This document shows positions 7,889 to 17,349 of a stretch of DNA of 61,280 bases, one piece after another. The stretch's first letter is position 1. Each line of letters begins with the position of its first letter. The position numbers and the translations under genes were made by a program. The notes under the pieces were generated by a model. It saw nothing but the letters and a program-made list of their open reading frames with translations, did no database searches and was not told the DNA's origin. This stretch comes from Candidatus Aegiribacteria sp. Lineage in GTDB: Bacteria; Fermentibacterota; Fermentibacteria; Fermentibacterales; JCC-6. The DNA lies in NCBI GenBank assembly GCA_046498225.1, contig JAWOBF010000019.1, positions 1-61,280 of the forward strand, written 5' to 3'.

Positions 7889-10582
7889 ATGACGAGAAGA
7901 TCGGTCCTTCCCATACTGCTGCTGATGCTGGTATCCGTCGCGCTCTCCGATGAACCCGGAGTGACGGTGCTGGATAACGGTCTGACTGTTATCACACAGG
8001 AACTCCATTACGCGCCGGTGGTTGCCTCCGTTATCTCCTACCGGGTTGGCTCGCGCAACGAGTGTGGAGATATCCTCGGAATGAGCCACTTCTGTGAGCA
8101 CCTCATGTTCAAGGGGACCCCGGACATGCCGAAATCGAGGTTCTGGCAGATAGTGCAGCGTGACGGCGGGATGGCCAACGCTTTCACCAGCAACGATGTA
8201 ACATGTTACTTCCTGCTTCTGCCCGCGGCCAGGCTGGAGGACGCCCTTCTCATTGAGAGCGACCGGATGGTCAACTGCACCATAGACTCGGCGGAAGTCA
8301 TATCCGAGAGGAACGTTGTCCATGAAGAGCGAAGGATGTCAAGCGCCGACAGCCCGGACGGAGCCCTGTGGGAAGCGCTGGGACAGTTGGCTTTCACGGA
8401 GCATCCCTACCGGAATCCGGTCATAGGGTACGACGAGAACATACTGGGCTACGACCGGGAAAAAGCCAGATGCTACTACGAAACCTATTACTGCCCTTCC
8501 AACGCAGTGCTTACTTTCGTGGGTGATTTCCAGACGGAAGAACTCCTCGAGCGGGTAGGGGAGTATTTCGGGGACATCCCGTCAGGGGAGGTCCCGGAGG
8601 AATCGATACCTTCGGAACCGCAGCAGCTCGAGGCAAGGATGATAGAGATTGAGCACGCCTCCAACCTTCCCCGCTTCGTGATGGCCTTTCATACCGTCGC
8701 GGGGGACCACCCGGACAATCCCGCCCTCAGAATGATATCCTCCTACCTTTCGGGGGGACGGTCCAGCAGGCTGGAACAGGTCCTGGTGGAGCCCGGCCTC
8801 GTTCACAGCGCCGGCGCCCGGAACGATGGCGGTATCGATCCCGGCCTTTTCAATATTTACGTGACCATGAACCCGCCGGAGGAGAGCAGCGTCACCATGG
8901 AGGAGGTCCGGGAGATAATATGGAACGAACTGGAGGACATGGCGATCAACGGTATACCGTCCGATGAGCTGGACCGGCACAGGAACAGGTACAGAGCCCG
9001 GGAGATCCTGGGAGAAGCCAGCCCCATCGGCCTTGGCATGAGCTACAGCCTTTCGGCCACCATGTTCGGCGACCCGCTCCATTCCAGGAAGCAGCTGGAA
9101 CTGATAGAGCTGCTGACTCCGGAGGATATCAGACGGGTGGCGACCGAGTATTTCCGCAGGGACGCGGTTAGCGTCGCGGTGCTGAGACCGTCGGGGGAAA
9201 CGGGAATGCATGGGGGCGGGTCCAGGGAGGAACTGCCCACGGATATAACGGAACCCTCTTCCATCAGCTACGAGGGGCTGGAGATACCGGAAGATTTCCT
9301 GACCCCGCCGGAAAGCTCCATCTTCGAAGATGTTGTGGAGTTCCAGCTGCCCAACGGTCTGGTCCTGCTTATGTCGGAGGACCACACCTTCCCCGTTGTT
9401 TCGGTCAGCTTCGCAGTCCCCATGGGAGCGCTCAGGCATTCTTCCCGGCTGAACGGCCTCGCCGGGGTGACGGCCGAAACGATGCTCAGGGGAACCGAGG
9501 AACTCGACTACGGCAGGTTCCACAGGCGGCTGGAGACGGAGGGGTCCTACCTCAGGTTCGGGGCGGGCCAGGAGCATTCCACCGGAACGATCCTTCTTCT
9601 GTCGGAGGACCTTGAGATAGCTTTTCAGACCGTGTCGGACCTTCTGCTGAGGCCTGCCTTCAGAGAGGCCGATATGCGAACGGTGATGAACGAGCAGTAC
9701 GCCAACCTGGAAGCGGCGGCCGAGCGGTCATTCTCCATCGCCGCCGACAGTCTGGCCTCCATGACCGCAAGGGCCCCGGAGGACTACAGGAGCGCTTCCC
9801 GGGCCACACTGGACAGGATAACGCTGGACGAGGTAATGGACTTCTACGGCAGCTGCTGCCGTCCCGAAGGCTCTGTCATAGCTGTAGTGGGAGACATCGA
9901 CCCCCAGGCAGTCCGCGAGCTGGCGCTGGAGCATTTCGGCTCCTGGGAGAATCCGGCCGAACCCCTTCCGGAAGCGCACATTCCTCAGTTCTCCTCCGCT
10001 CCGGGTGACACTGTGGTCACGTTCATGCCGGGCAGGGTACAGGCCAGCGTGCTGGTGGGCAGGAACGCCCCGGGCACGGAACTTCCGGAGTATCCCGCTT
10101 TCACCGTGATGAACACCATACTGGGCAGGGGAATAGGCTCCCGGCTGGGACACAGCGTCCGTGACGAGCAGGGTCTGGCATACGGAGTCGGAAGCTGGTC
10201 GACTCATTTCGACAGTACTGGAGTCTTCTCAGCCTACCTTTCGACACTGAGCGACTACGTTCCGCAGGCGACCTCCTCGGTCATCGCCGAGATGGAGAGG
10301 ATAGCCTCGGAGAACGTGGAGGAAATCGAGCTCCGCCTGGCAAAGGCCAACGCTGTGGGAAGGAATGCCTTCTCGGGAATGAGCTACGGAGGACAGTCCG
10401 GCAGGCTGGTGAGCCTTCACCTGAACGACCGGCCGCTGGACTGGGACCTTCAGCACCTGCAGCGTGTCCTCGCTCTCAGGCCGGATGACATAAGGAATGC
10501 GGCGGCGGAATACCTGATCCCCGGGAAATGGTTCGTGTCCATCGCCGGAGGAATAACAATGGAGGACCTGCTATCGGAATAG
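7889..10582 (+). CDS. Exported M16 (pitrilysin/insulinase) zinc peptidase
   Basis: Signal peptide; HFCEH inverted zincin motif, NAFTS, downstream EE; duplicated second half (LPNGL...RDEQGLAY). Confidence 0.92.
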   Translation: MTRRSVLPILLLMLVSVALSDEPGVTVLDNGLTVITQELHYAPVVASVISYRVGSRNECGDILGMSHFCEHLMFKGTPDMPKSRFWQIVQRDGGMANAFTSNDVTCYFLLLPAARLEDALLIESDRMVNCTIDSAEVISERNVVHEERRMSSADSPDGALWEALGQLAFTEHPYRNPVIGYDENILGYDREKARCYYETYYCPSNAVLTFVGDFQTEELLERVGEYFGDIPSGEVPEESIPSEPQQLEARMIEIEHASNLPRFVMAFHTVAGDHPDNPALRMISSYLSGGRSSRLEQVLVEPGLVHSAGARNDGGIDPGLFNIYVTMNPPEESSVTMEEVREIIWNELEDMAINGIPSDELDRHRNRYRAREILGEASPIGLGMSYSLSATMFGDPLHSRKQLELIELLTPEDIRRVATEYFRRDAVSVAVLRPSGETGMHGGGSREELPTDITEPSSISYEGLEIPEDFLTPPESSIFEDVVEFQLPNGLVLLMSEDHTFPVVSVSFAVPMGALRHSSRLNGLAGVTAETMLRGTEELDYGRFHRRLETEGSYLRFGAGQEHSTGTILLLSEDLEIAFQTVSDLLLRPAFREADMRTVMNEQYANLEAAAERSFSIAADSLASMTARAPEDYRSASRATLDRITLDEVMDFYGSCCRPEGSVIAVVGDIDPQAVRELALEHFGSWENPAEPLPEAHIPQFSSAPGDTVVTFMPGRVQASVLVGRNAPGTELPEYPAFTVMNTILGRGIGSRLGHSVRDEQGLAYGVGSWSTHFDSTGVFSAYLSTLSDYVPQATSSVIAEMERIASENVEEIELRLAKANAVGRNAFSGMSYGGQSGRLVSLHLNDRPLDWDLQHLQRVLALRPDDIRNAAAEYLIPGKWFVSIAGGITMEDLLSE

Positions 10583-10620
10583 ACCGTGACAAGGTATCTC
10601 CCGTGGCAGATACCGCAGGG

Positions 10621-13251
10621 ATGAACCCGGGCGGCTCCATCAGGAAGCCTCGCAATGTAGTGGTGCGAAGGCTGAAGAACGGTCTTACCGTGATCCTTCA
10701 GAGGCTGTCCTATTCACCGGTGGCGGCGGTCAACATCGCGTTCGGCGCCGGCTCCCTGTGGGAAACGGAGAACACCAGGGGATACAGCCACCTGTGCGAG
10801 CACATGATGTTCAAGGGTTCAGGAAACTTCGGGGCTGGTAAATACTGGGAGACGGTCCAGCTCAACGGCGGAGTGGCCAACGCCTATACCTCCAGGGACA
10901 TCACCGTTTACTACTCCGTCCTTCCAAAGGCCGGGCTGAGGGACATCCTGGAGATGGAATCGGACAGGATGTTCAACTGCACCATGAAAGATGAGGACGT
11001 CAATTCTGAGACCGCGGTGATACTCGAGGAGGAGCTCCTCACGCAGAGGGACGACCCCGAAGGTTCGCTGGACTCGCTTCTGTACAAGACCGCTTTCCCG
11101 ACACATCCCTACGGCAGGCCGATAACAGGTACAGCCGAAGACATACGCCGGTTCACTCCAGAAGGGCTCAGGAAATTCTACCATGACTTCTACACCCCTT
11201 CGAACGCGGTGCTGTCAGTGGTGGGGGATATAGACACGGATGATACCGGTAAGTTAATCGAAGACCTCTTCGGAGCCGGGGCCGGGAGTGCAGCGGACAG
11301 GCCGGGAGTGGACCCGGAGCCGTCCCAGAAGGAACAGCGCAGGGTCTCGACCGAACATCCCTCACAGCTTCCCAGGATTAGCATCGGGTTTCGAGCGCCC
11401 CCTGAAGATCATCCGGATTCCGTGGCCCTTTCTCTGATTTCGGTCTACCTTTCCTCAGGCAGGTCCAGCAGGTTCGAGGAACTGCTGGTCAAACCCTCGC
11501 TGGTCCTGGACGTTTCATCCTATGCCAACTCTCACGTTCAGCACGGTCTCTTCGTGATAGGGGCCACCCTTCCCGAACGGGGGGCTCCGGACCGGGTCGA
11601 GGACATCATCTTCCGCGAACTCAGCAGGCTGTCGGAAAATGGAATGGATGAGAACACTCTGAATATTCTCAAGAGGAGAAGGAACGCCTGGGGGATGATA
11701 TCGGACGCGGACCAGCAGGGCAGGTCGAGAAGGCTAACAACCGGCTACGCCAAGTTCCATGACCCGTTCCATCACTGGCACAGAATGGACCGTCTCCAGT
11801 CCGTGAGCCGTGAGGACATCATTCGGGCGGCTTCCGCATACCTCACTCCGGCCAATTCAACCGTTGTGCTCCTGAGACCTTCCTCGGGACCGAAAGCCGT
11901 TCGCACCCCGAGGGCCGGAAAAAACCGTGAGCCCTCGCCGGATCTTTCCCCGCCGGCAGCACAGGAACCTTCGGAGCTGGAGATACCGGACAGGTTCCTC
12001 GAGGTCCCCGAAAGGTCGGTGGCCGACGGCTGCCGGGAAGTAAAACTGGGAAACGGCCTTCGACTGATCATGAGGCAGGATGCTTCCTTTCCCATAGTAT
12101 CCCTGGGCTTCTCCTGCCCCATGGGTTCCTCCATGGAGCCGGCGGGGCTCACCGGGCTCGCTCAGATAACTGCGGAGACCATGGCGCATGGAACTCCGGA
12201 TGAGGACCGCATAGAGTTCAACTCCAGACTGGAGAACCTGGGCACGTCCCTGGATTTCTCATCCACCGATGAGTTCTCAGGCGGAATGATAACCTCGCTG
12301 GCGCAGGACGCCGACCGGGTACTCCAGGTCATTTCCGACATGCTGAGAACACCCGCATTGCGCCCGGAAGACCTGGAATCGGTAAGATCAGAAGCGATAT
12401 CCAGCCTCGAAGAATGGCTGGGCACCCCCATCGGCGCAGCTATGGACTCATTCTCACGGCAGTCCACAGACCCGCCGGAAATGTCTTCCGTCCCTACGAG
12501 AGAATCTCTGCTGTCCATTACCGGAGATGATCTTGTGGATTTCCACGGGAGATGCTGCAGGCCGGAAGGTACGATTTTAGTGGCGGTGGGAAATTTTCAG
12601 GAAGATGAGCTGCTGAATGCCGTAGAGAGGCATTTTTCCAGCTGGAAGAACCCGAATACCACTTTCTCCCCTCCGCCTCCCGCCCGGAATTCGATCAGCT
12701 CCTCGGAGATAACCGTAAAGCTGGATGGCAGGGAGCAGGTTGCTCTGCTGACAGGTTCTCCCGCACCTTCAAGGCTGCATGAGGACAGGTACGCCATATC
12801 TATCCTCAGCCGGATACTGGGAGAGGGGATTGGTTCCAGGTTGGGCAGGAAAATCAGGGAAGCGGGGCTGTCATACCATGCGGGCAGCATGTACATACCG
12901 CTTTCTGCGCGAGGAAGGATAGTGGCCCTGGTGCTGACCAGCCCCCGGTCCCTGCCGCAGGCGTACGCAAGGCTCACAGAGGAGTTCAGTTCCCTGTGGA
13001 AGGAAAAGGTGAGCCTGAACGAGCTTCGACTGGAGCAGACATCCTACATAGGCATGCAGGAACTGAGCATGATGAAATACAGCTCGATGGCAAGGATGCT
13101 GCTGACCTACGCGTCAACAGGACTGCCGCTGGACCATGACCGTACCGTAATGACCAGGGTTTGCGCCCTTGCCAGGGAGGACATTCAGAGGGCCGCCGTC
13201 GAATGGCTGGGCAGGGGGATAACCTACACCACCATTGCCGGCGGAGTGTGA
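10621..13251 (+). CDS. M16 zinc peptidase, tandem paralog without signal peptide
   Basis: HLCEH, NAYTS, EEE; two-half architecture; start uncertain (GTG 10603 or ATG 10621). Confidence 0.9.
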   Translation: MNPGGSIRKPRNVVVRRLKNGLTVILQRLSYSPVAAVNIAFGAGSLWETENTRGYSHLCEHMMFKGSGNFGAGKYWETVQLNGGVANAYTSRDITVYYSVLPKAGLRDILEMESDRMFNCTMKDEDVNSETAVILEEELLTQRDDPEGSLDSLLYKTAFPTHPYGRPITGTAEDIRRFTPEGLRKFYHDFYTPSNAVLSVVGDIDTDDTGKLIEDLFGAGAGSAADRPGVDPEPSQKEQRRVSTEHPSQLPRISIGFRAPPEDHPDSVALSLISVYLSSGRSSRFEELLVKPSLVLDVSSYANSHVQHGLFVIGATLPERGAPDRVEDIIFRELSRLSENGMDENTLNILKRRRNAWGMISDADQQGRSRRLTTGYAKFHDPFHHWHRMDRLQSVSREDIIRAASAYLTPANSTVVLLRPSSGPKAVRTPRAGKNREPSPDLSPPAAQEPSELEIPDRFLEVPERSVADGCREVKLGNGLRLIMRQDASFPIVSLGFSCPMGSSMEPAGLTGLAQITAETMAHGTPDEDRIEFNSRLENLGTSLDFSSTDEFSGGMITSLAQDADRVLQVISDMLRTPALRPEDLESVRSEAISSLEEWLGTPIGAAMDSFSRQSTDPPEMSSVPTRESLLSITGDDLVDFHGRCCRPEGTILVAVGNFQEDELLNAVERHFSSWKNPNTTFSPPPPARNSISSSEITVKLDGREQVALLTGSPAPSRLHEDRYAISILSRILGEGIGSRLGRKIREAGLSYHAGSMYIPLSARGRIVALVLTSPRSLPQAYARLTEEFSSLWKEKVSLNELRLEQTSYIGMQELSMMKYSSMARMLLTYASTGLPLDHDRTVMTRVCALAREDIQRAAVEWLGRGITYTTIAGGV

Positions 13252-13262
13252 GGGCTCGAGGA

Positions 13263-13763
13263 ATGAGGCTGACTGACAGGAAGTTCCGGCACCATGTGGG
13301 CGCGTACGCATTCCAGTGCATGCTTGCCGCGCTGACCGTGATACTGGTCCTCCTGACGCTTGACGCCACGGAGCAGACGGCGATAATCGCTTCCATCGGA
13401 GCATCCGCATTCATAGTGTTCACGGCTCCCAATGCCTATTCCGCGAAGAGCAGGGCCCTGTTCGGCGGGTACGCGGCCGGTGCGGTCACCGGCATAGCTT
13501 GCTCCCTGATGGCGGACCTGTTGGGAACGGAGGGAACGGCGGACTGGGACATAATAATGATCACGATGGGAGCTCTGGCGGTCGGTCTGTCCATCTTCAT
13601 CATGGTGGTCACCGATACCGAACATCCCCCGGCGGCCGGACTGGCCCTGGCCTTCATTCTGAACAGCTGGAACGTCAGGACAGTATTTGTGGTCCTGCTG
13701 GCACCTCTTCTCCTGACGATTGTCAAACGGCTCTTCCGCGGCCGCATCAGAGACCTGGTCTGA
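13263..13763 (+). CDS. HPP family membrane protein
   Basis: ASIGASAFIVF and TEHPPAAG motifs; start trimmed to ATG 13263. Confidence 0.9.
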   Translation: MRLTDRKFRHHVGAYAFQCMLAALTVILVLLTLDATEQTAIIASIGASAFIVFTAPNAYSAKSRALFGGYAAGAVTGIACSLMADLLGTEGTADWDIIMITMGALAVGLSIFIMVVTDTEHPPAAGLALAFILNSWNVRTVFVVLLAPLLLTIVKRLFRGRIRDLV

Positions 13764-13855
13764 GCTGCAGTCTGTTTATATTAAAATATATTTATATTAT
13801 TATGCTTTATTATAAATTTTATTTATGTTAATTCAATTTGTCGAAATATTCGAAG

Positions 13856-14725
13856 TCAAGTCCGGCCCCGCTGGATGAGGATGCCGGTTATGACCATTAT
13901 CAGGCCTGTAACAGTGTAGAGCCCGATGGTTTCCCCCACCGCTGTGCCTATGAATACCAGCGAGAGGAAAGGGGTCAGGTATATATAGCTTCCAACCTCG
14001 GAGGTGGTCTCCGCCAGCTGAAGCGCCCTCAGCCATACCACGAAGGTTATTCCCATCTCGAACATTCCGATGTACGCGGCTCCCAGCAGCCCTTTTACTC
14101 CGGCTCCCGCCGTTTCGGCCAGGTCCCCCCTCACCAGTCCGAGAAGAAGCAGGAACAGGAGACCGAAGCTGAAGGAGCGCGCGAGGTCGACGATCGGGTC
14201 CCCCCTGGAGCGGACGTTCAGTATCCAGTAGAGCGCCCATATCACAGTACTGAGCAGAGCGAGGCCGATGGCAGCCACGGACAGCTGTCCCCCCACCGGG
14301 TTTCCGCCGAGGGCCAGTATTCCTATGCCGCAGAAGCTCACCAGGGAGGAGACCGCCATTCTCATGTTGATCCGCTGCCCCAGCAGCGGGGCGGACAGAA
14401 GCATCAGCATGACAGGCCACAGGTAGTTGATTACCATGGCTATCTGGGCGGGGAGCCTGTCGTAGGCCTCCAGCAGGACCAGATAATAGATGAAAGGATT
14501 GAGGGCTCCCCTGGCGGCGGACCTGAGTAGTTCGGGGCCGGAAAGGGGCGGAAGCAGACGCCGCCGGCCGCGGAACATTACCGCCGCCCACAGGGCCATA
14601 GTGGATACAGCCGACGAAAGCAGGACCAGCTGGTAGGGACTCAGCCAGCGAAGTGTTATCTTGAACGCGGAAGCCGCAGTGGACCAGAACAGCACCGCTG
14701 TAAGCGCCAGCAACCTGGGTTTCAT
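13856..14725 (-). CDS. DMT/EamA family transporter
   Basis: About 10 TM helices, INYLWP and YIYLTP repeats. Confidence 0.9.
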   Translation of the reverse strand: MKPRLLALTAVLFWSTAASAFKITLRWLSPYQLVLLSSAVSTMALWAAVMFRGRRRLLPPLSGPELLRSAARGALNPFIYYLVLLEAYDRLPAQIAMVINYLWPVMLMLLSAPLLGQRINMRMAVSSLVSFCGIGILALGGNPVGGQLSVAAIGLALLSTVIWALYWILNVRSRGDPIVDLARSFSFGLLFLLLLGLVRGDLAETAGAGVKGLLGAAYIGMFEMGITFVVWLRALQLAETTSEVGSYIYLTPFLSLVFIGTAVGETIGLYTVTGLIMVITGILIQRGRT

Positions 14726-14877
14726 TCAACCGGCCCTTCACGAGTTTCGGTAACTTTCCCCATGTCCTCGTTGACTGGCAATATGTTACAAAAGCAGCCG
14801 CTGGAACCAGCCTGGCAAAGGGAACGGGGTTCCTTTCGGTGGAGCGTTCACGAAGAATGATGTATGTCTTGCATATA

Positions 14878-14925
14878 GCTCAATATATGGACACCTGATC
14901 ATAATGCTCACACCAGATATAGTGT
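14878..14925 (+). promoter_or_regulatory. Tandem NrdR boxes
   Basis: GCTCAATATATGGACA (14878) and ACACCAGATATAGTGT (14910) resemble acaCwAtATaTwGtgt; starts 32 bp apart, upstream of nrdD. Confidence 0.8.
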
Positions 14926-14933
14926 TCAGTCTC

Positions 14934-14961
14934 TTGACACGGTACCGGCAGAGAATATTAT
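14934..14961 (+). promoter_or_regulatory. Sigma70-type promoter for nrdD operon
   Basis: TTGACA-N16-TATTAT directly downstream of NrdR boxes. Confidence 0.65.
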
Positions 14962-15065
14962 CGAAGGGTATGGTCGGTGCCGGGATGACAATATGGGCGC
15001 ATTATTCACAGTTTATTCCGTATGACGGATTTTGAGGGGCTGATTCCGCTGCTTTGGGGTAAATC

Positions 15066-17186
15066 ATGAACTGGCTGATCCGCAAGCGTGACGGCAGTAT
15101 AGTCACTTTCAGCAAGCGCAAGATAGAGAAGGCGGTGGAGCGGACACTCAGGGCCTCTTCCACGGAGGCCGACTCCAGGGAGATAACCGACCAGGTGGAG
15201 GCGGCCCTCTACATGAACTTCTTCAAGGCCGGCTCCATTCCCACGGTTGAGCATATCAAGGACTTCATCGAGGAAACATTCGTTCTCCGCAAGCTGACAT
15301 CAGCCGCCAGAGCGTTCATCCTGTACCGGGAGAAGAAGAACGAGGCAAGGGACGTGGACCATCTCCTCAGCGGCATGGAGGGGATAGTCGTTGATTACCT
15401 GGGCAAGGCGGACTGGAGGGTCAAGGAAAACTCCAACATGAACTACTCCCTTCAGGGGCTCAATTTCTACCTCTCCTCCTCCATAACCAGGAAATACTGG
15501 CTCAGCAGGATATACACTCCCCGCATAAGGGAGCTTCAGGAGAACGGCGACTTTCACATACACGACCTGGGAATACTGGGCCCCTACTGCGTCGGATGGG
15601 ACCTGATGACCCTTCTCAGAGAGGGTTTCAGGGGGGCCAGGGGAAAGACGGAGTCCTCCCCCCCGGTCCATCTCAGGACCGCCCTGGGACAGATAGTGAA
15701 CTTCTTCTATACGCTGCAGGGAGAGGCGGCGGGAGCCCAGGCCTTTTCCAGCTTCGACACCCTGCTGGCGCCGTTCATAAGGTACGACGGCCTGGAGTAC
15801 CCGCAGGTAAGGCAGGCTTTCCAGGAGTTCCTTTTCAATGTGAACATTCCCACCAGGGTGGGCTTCCAGGCTCCCTTCACCAACATAACCATGGACCTCA
15901 AGCCCTCCGCCTCCCTCAGGGAGGAGAGGGTGATAATCGGCGGAAGGCCCAGGGACCAGGTCTACGGTGACTTCCAGCTCGAGATGAACATGATAAACAG
16001 GGCCTTCGCCGAGCTGATGATGGAGGGGGATTCGAAGGGCAGGATATTCACATTTCCCATTCCCACCTACAACCTGACCAAGGATTTCGAATGGGACAAT
16101 GACGACCTGCAGCCCATCTGGGAGATGACGGGAAAGTACGGGGTGCCCTACTTCAGCAATTTCGTAAATTCAGACATGGACCCGGATGACGCCAGGAGCA
16201 TGTGCTGCAGGCTTCGCCTGGACAACAGGGAGCTTCGCAACCGGGGAGGAGGGCTTTTCGGCTCAAACCCCCTTACCGGCTCCATAGGGGTGGTTACGGT
16301 GAACCTCCCGAGGATTGGATACACCTCCGCGGGAGAGGCTGAGTTCTTCGACAGGCTCTCCTACGTCATGGAGGCTGCCAGGGAGTCGCTGGAGCTGAAG
16401 CGGGACCTGATAGAAAAGCTGACCGAGCAGGGGCTCTATCCCTACACCAGCCACTACCTGCGAAGCATCAAGTCCCAGCTGGGAAAGTACTGGGACAACC
16501 ACTTCTCCACCATCGGCCTCATCGGCATGAACGAGTGCGCGGTGAACTTCCTCGGGGAGAGCATAGCCACCGAGGAGGGACGCGCGTGGTCGCTCAAGGT
16601 GCTTGCATTCATGCGGGAAAAGCTGACGGAATTCCAGACGGAGACTGGAAATCTCTACAATCTGGAAGCCTCCCCGGCGGAGGGGGCCTCCTACAGCCTG
16701 GCCCGCAAGGACAAGGGCCAGTTTCCTGACGCCTATGCCATGGGCAGTTCAAACCCTTACTACACGAATTCGGTCCATCTTCCGGTCACCGAGCAGAGGG
16801 ACATATTCGGCCTGCTCGAGCATCAGGACCCGCTTCAGACCATGTTCACCGGGGGAACCGTGGTGCACGTCTTCATAGGGGAGGCCATAACCGACTGGCG
16901 CATGGTGAGGAAACTGGCTCGCTCGGTGGTCTCGCGGTACCATCTGCCCTATTTCAGCTTCACCCCCACCTTCTCCATATGTCCGGTCCACGGTTACATC
17001 GCTGGAGAACATTTCCTCTGCCCCTACCCGCACACACGGGAGGAGCTTGCCAAGTACGGGGAGATAGTCAACGCGGATGAGTTCCAGCGGATACCGGAAG
17101 GAAGCTATTCAAAGGTCGAGGAGCCCGTTCACGAAGGGCAGCGGGATCTGTTCCTCAAGATAGGAAAGGTGTCTACCAATGCCTGA
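15066..17186 (+). CDS. nrdD: Class III anaerobic ribonucleotide reductase, catalytic barrel with ATP-cone; lacks glycyl-radical loop
   Basis: ATP-cone IRKRDG; HIHDL, YCVGW, TFPIPT, SMCCRL, GSIGVVT, EASPAEG, YYTNS, TPTFSICPVH; no RxxGY motif. Confidence 0.95.
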   Translation: MNWLIRKRDGSIVTFSKRKIEKAVERTLRASSTEADSREITDQVEAALYMNFFKAGSIPTVEHIKDFIEETFVLRKLTSAARAFILYREKKNEARDVDHLLSGMEGIVVDYLGKADWRVKENSNMNYSLQGLNFYLSSSITRKYWLSRIYTPRIRELQENGDFHIHDLGILGPYCVGWDLMTLLREGFRGARGKTESSPPVHLRTALGQIVNFFYTLQGEAAGAQAFSSFDTLLAPFIRYDGLEYPQVRQAFQEFLFNVNIPTRVGFQAPFTNITMDLKPSASLREERVIIGGRPRDQVYGDFQLEMNMINRAFAELMMEGDSKGRIFTFPIPTYNLTKDFEWDNDDLQPIWEMTGKYGVPYFSNFVNSDMDPDDARSMCCRLRLDNRELRNRGGGLFGSNPLTGSIGVVTVNLPRIGYTSAGEAEFFDRLSYVMEAARESLELKRDLIEKLTEQGLYPYTSHYLRSIKSQLGKYWDNHFSTIGLIGMNECAVNFLGESIATEEGRAWSLKVLAFMREKLTEFQTETGNLYNLEASPAEGASYSLARKDKGQFPDAYAMGSSNPYYTNSVHLPVTEQRDIFGLLEHQDPLQTMFTGGTVVHVFIGEAITDWRMVRKLARSVVSRYHLPYFSFTPTFSICPVHGYIAGEHFLCPYPHTREELAKYGEIVNADEFQRIPEGSYSKVEEPVHEGQRDLFLKIGKVSTNA

Positions 17187-17349
17187 AGTCAAGCAGGATG
17201 ACCGGATAAGAGCTATCAAGACTGAGGTCTACTCCAGGATAGTGGGTTATTACAGACCGGTCCAGAGCTGGAACAAGGGGAAGCGTGAGGAATTTTCCCA
17301 GCGGGAGTACGTTACGCTTGAAGATGACGGGAAAAAGGCCGGTAGTTGA
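17179..17349 (+). CDS. Stand-alone NrdD glycyl-radical domain (56 aa)
   Basis: Manual translation MPEVKQDDRIRAIKTEVYSRIVGYYRPVQSWNKGKREEFSQREYVTLEDDGKKAGS; RBS GGAAAGG at 17163; overlaps nrdD end and nrdG TTG start. Confidence 0.9.
   Translation: MPEVKQDDRIRAIKTEVYSRIVGYYRPVQSWNKGKREEFSQREYVTLEDDGKKAGS

Noticed and set aside
17100-17190. Programmed frameshift or pseudogene explanation for nrdD
   Set aside because: No obvious slippery run, in-frame TAG at 17161, and a dedicated RBS plus ATG favour a separate gene; not fully excluded without reads
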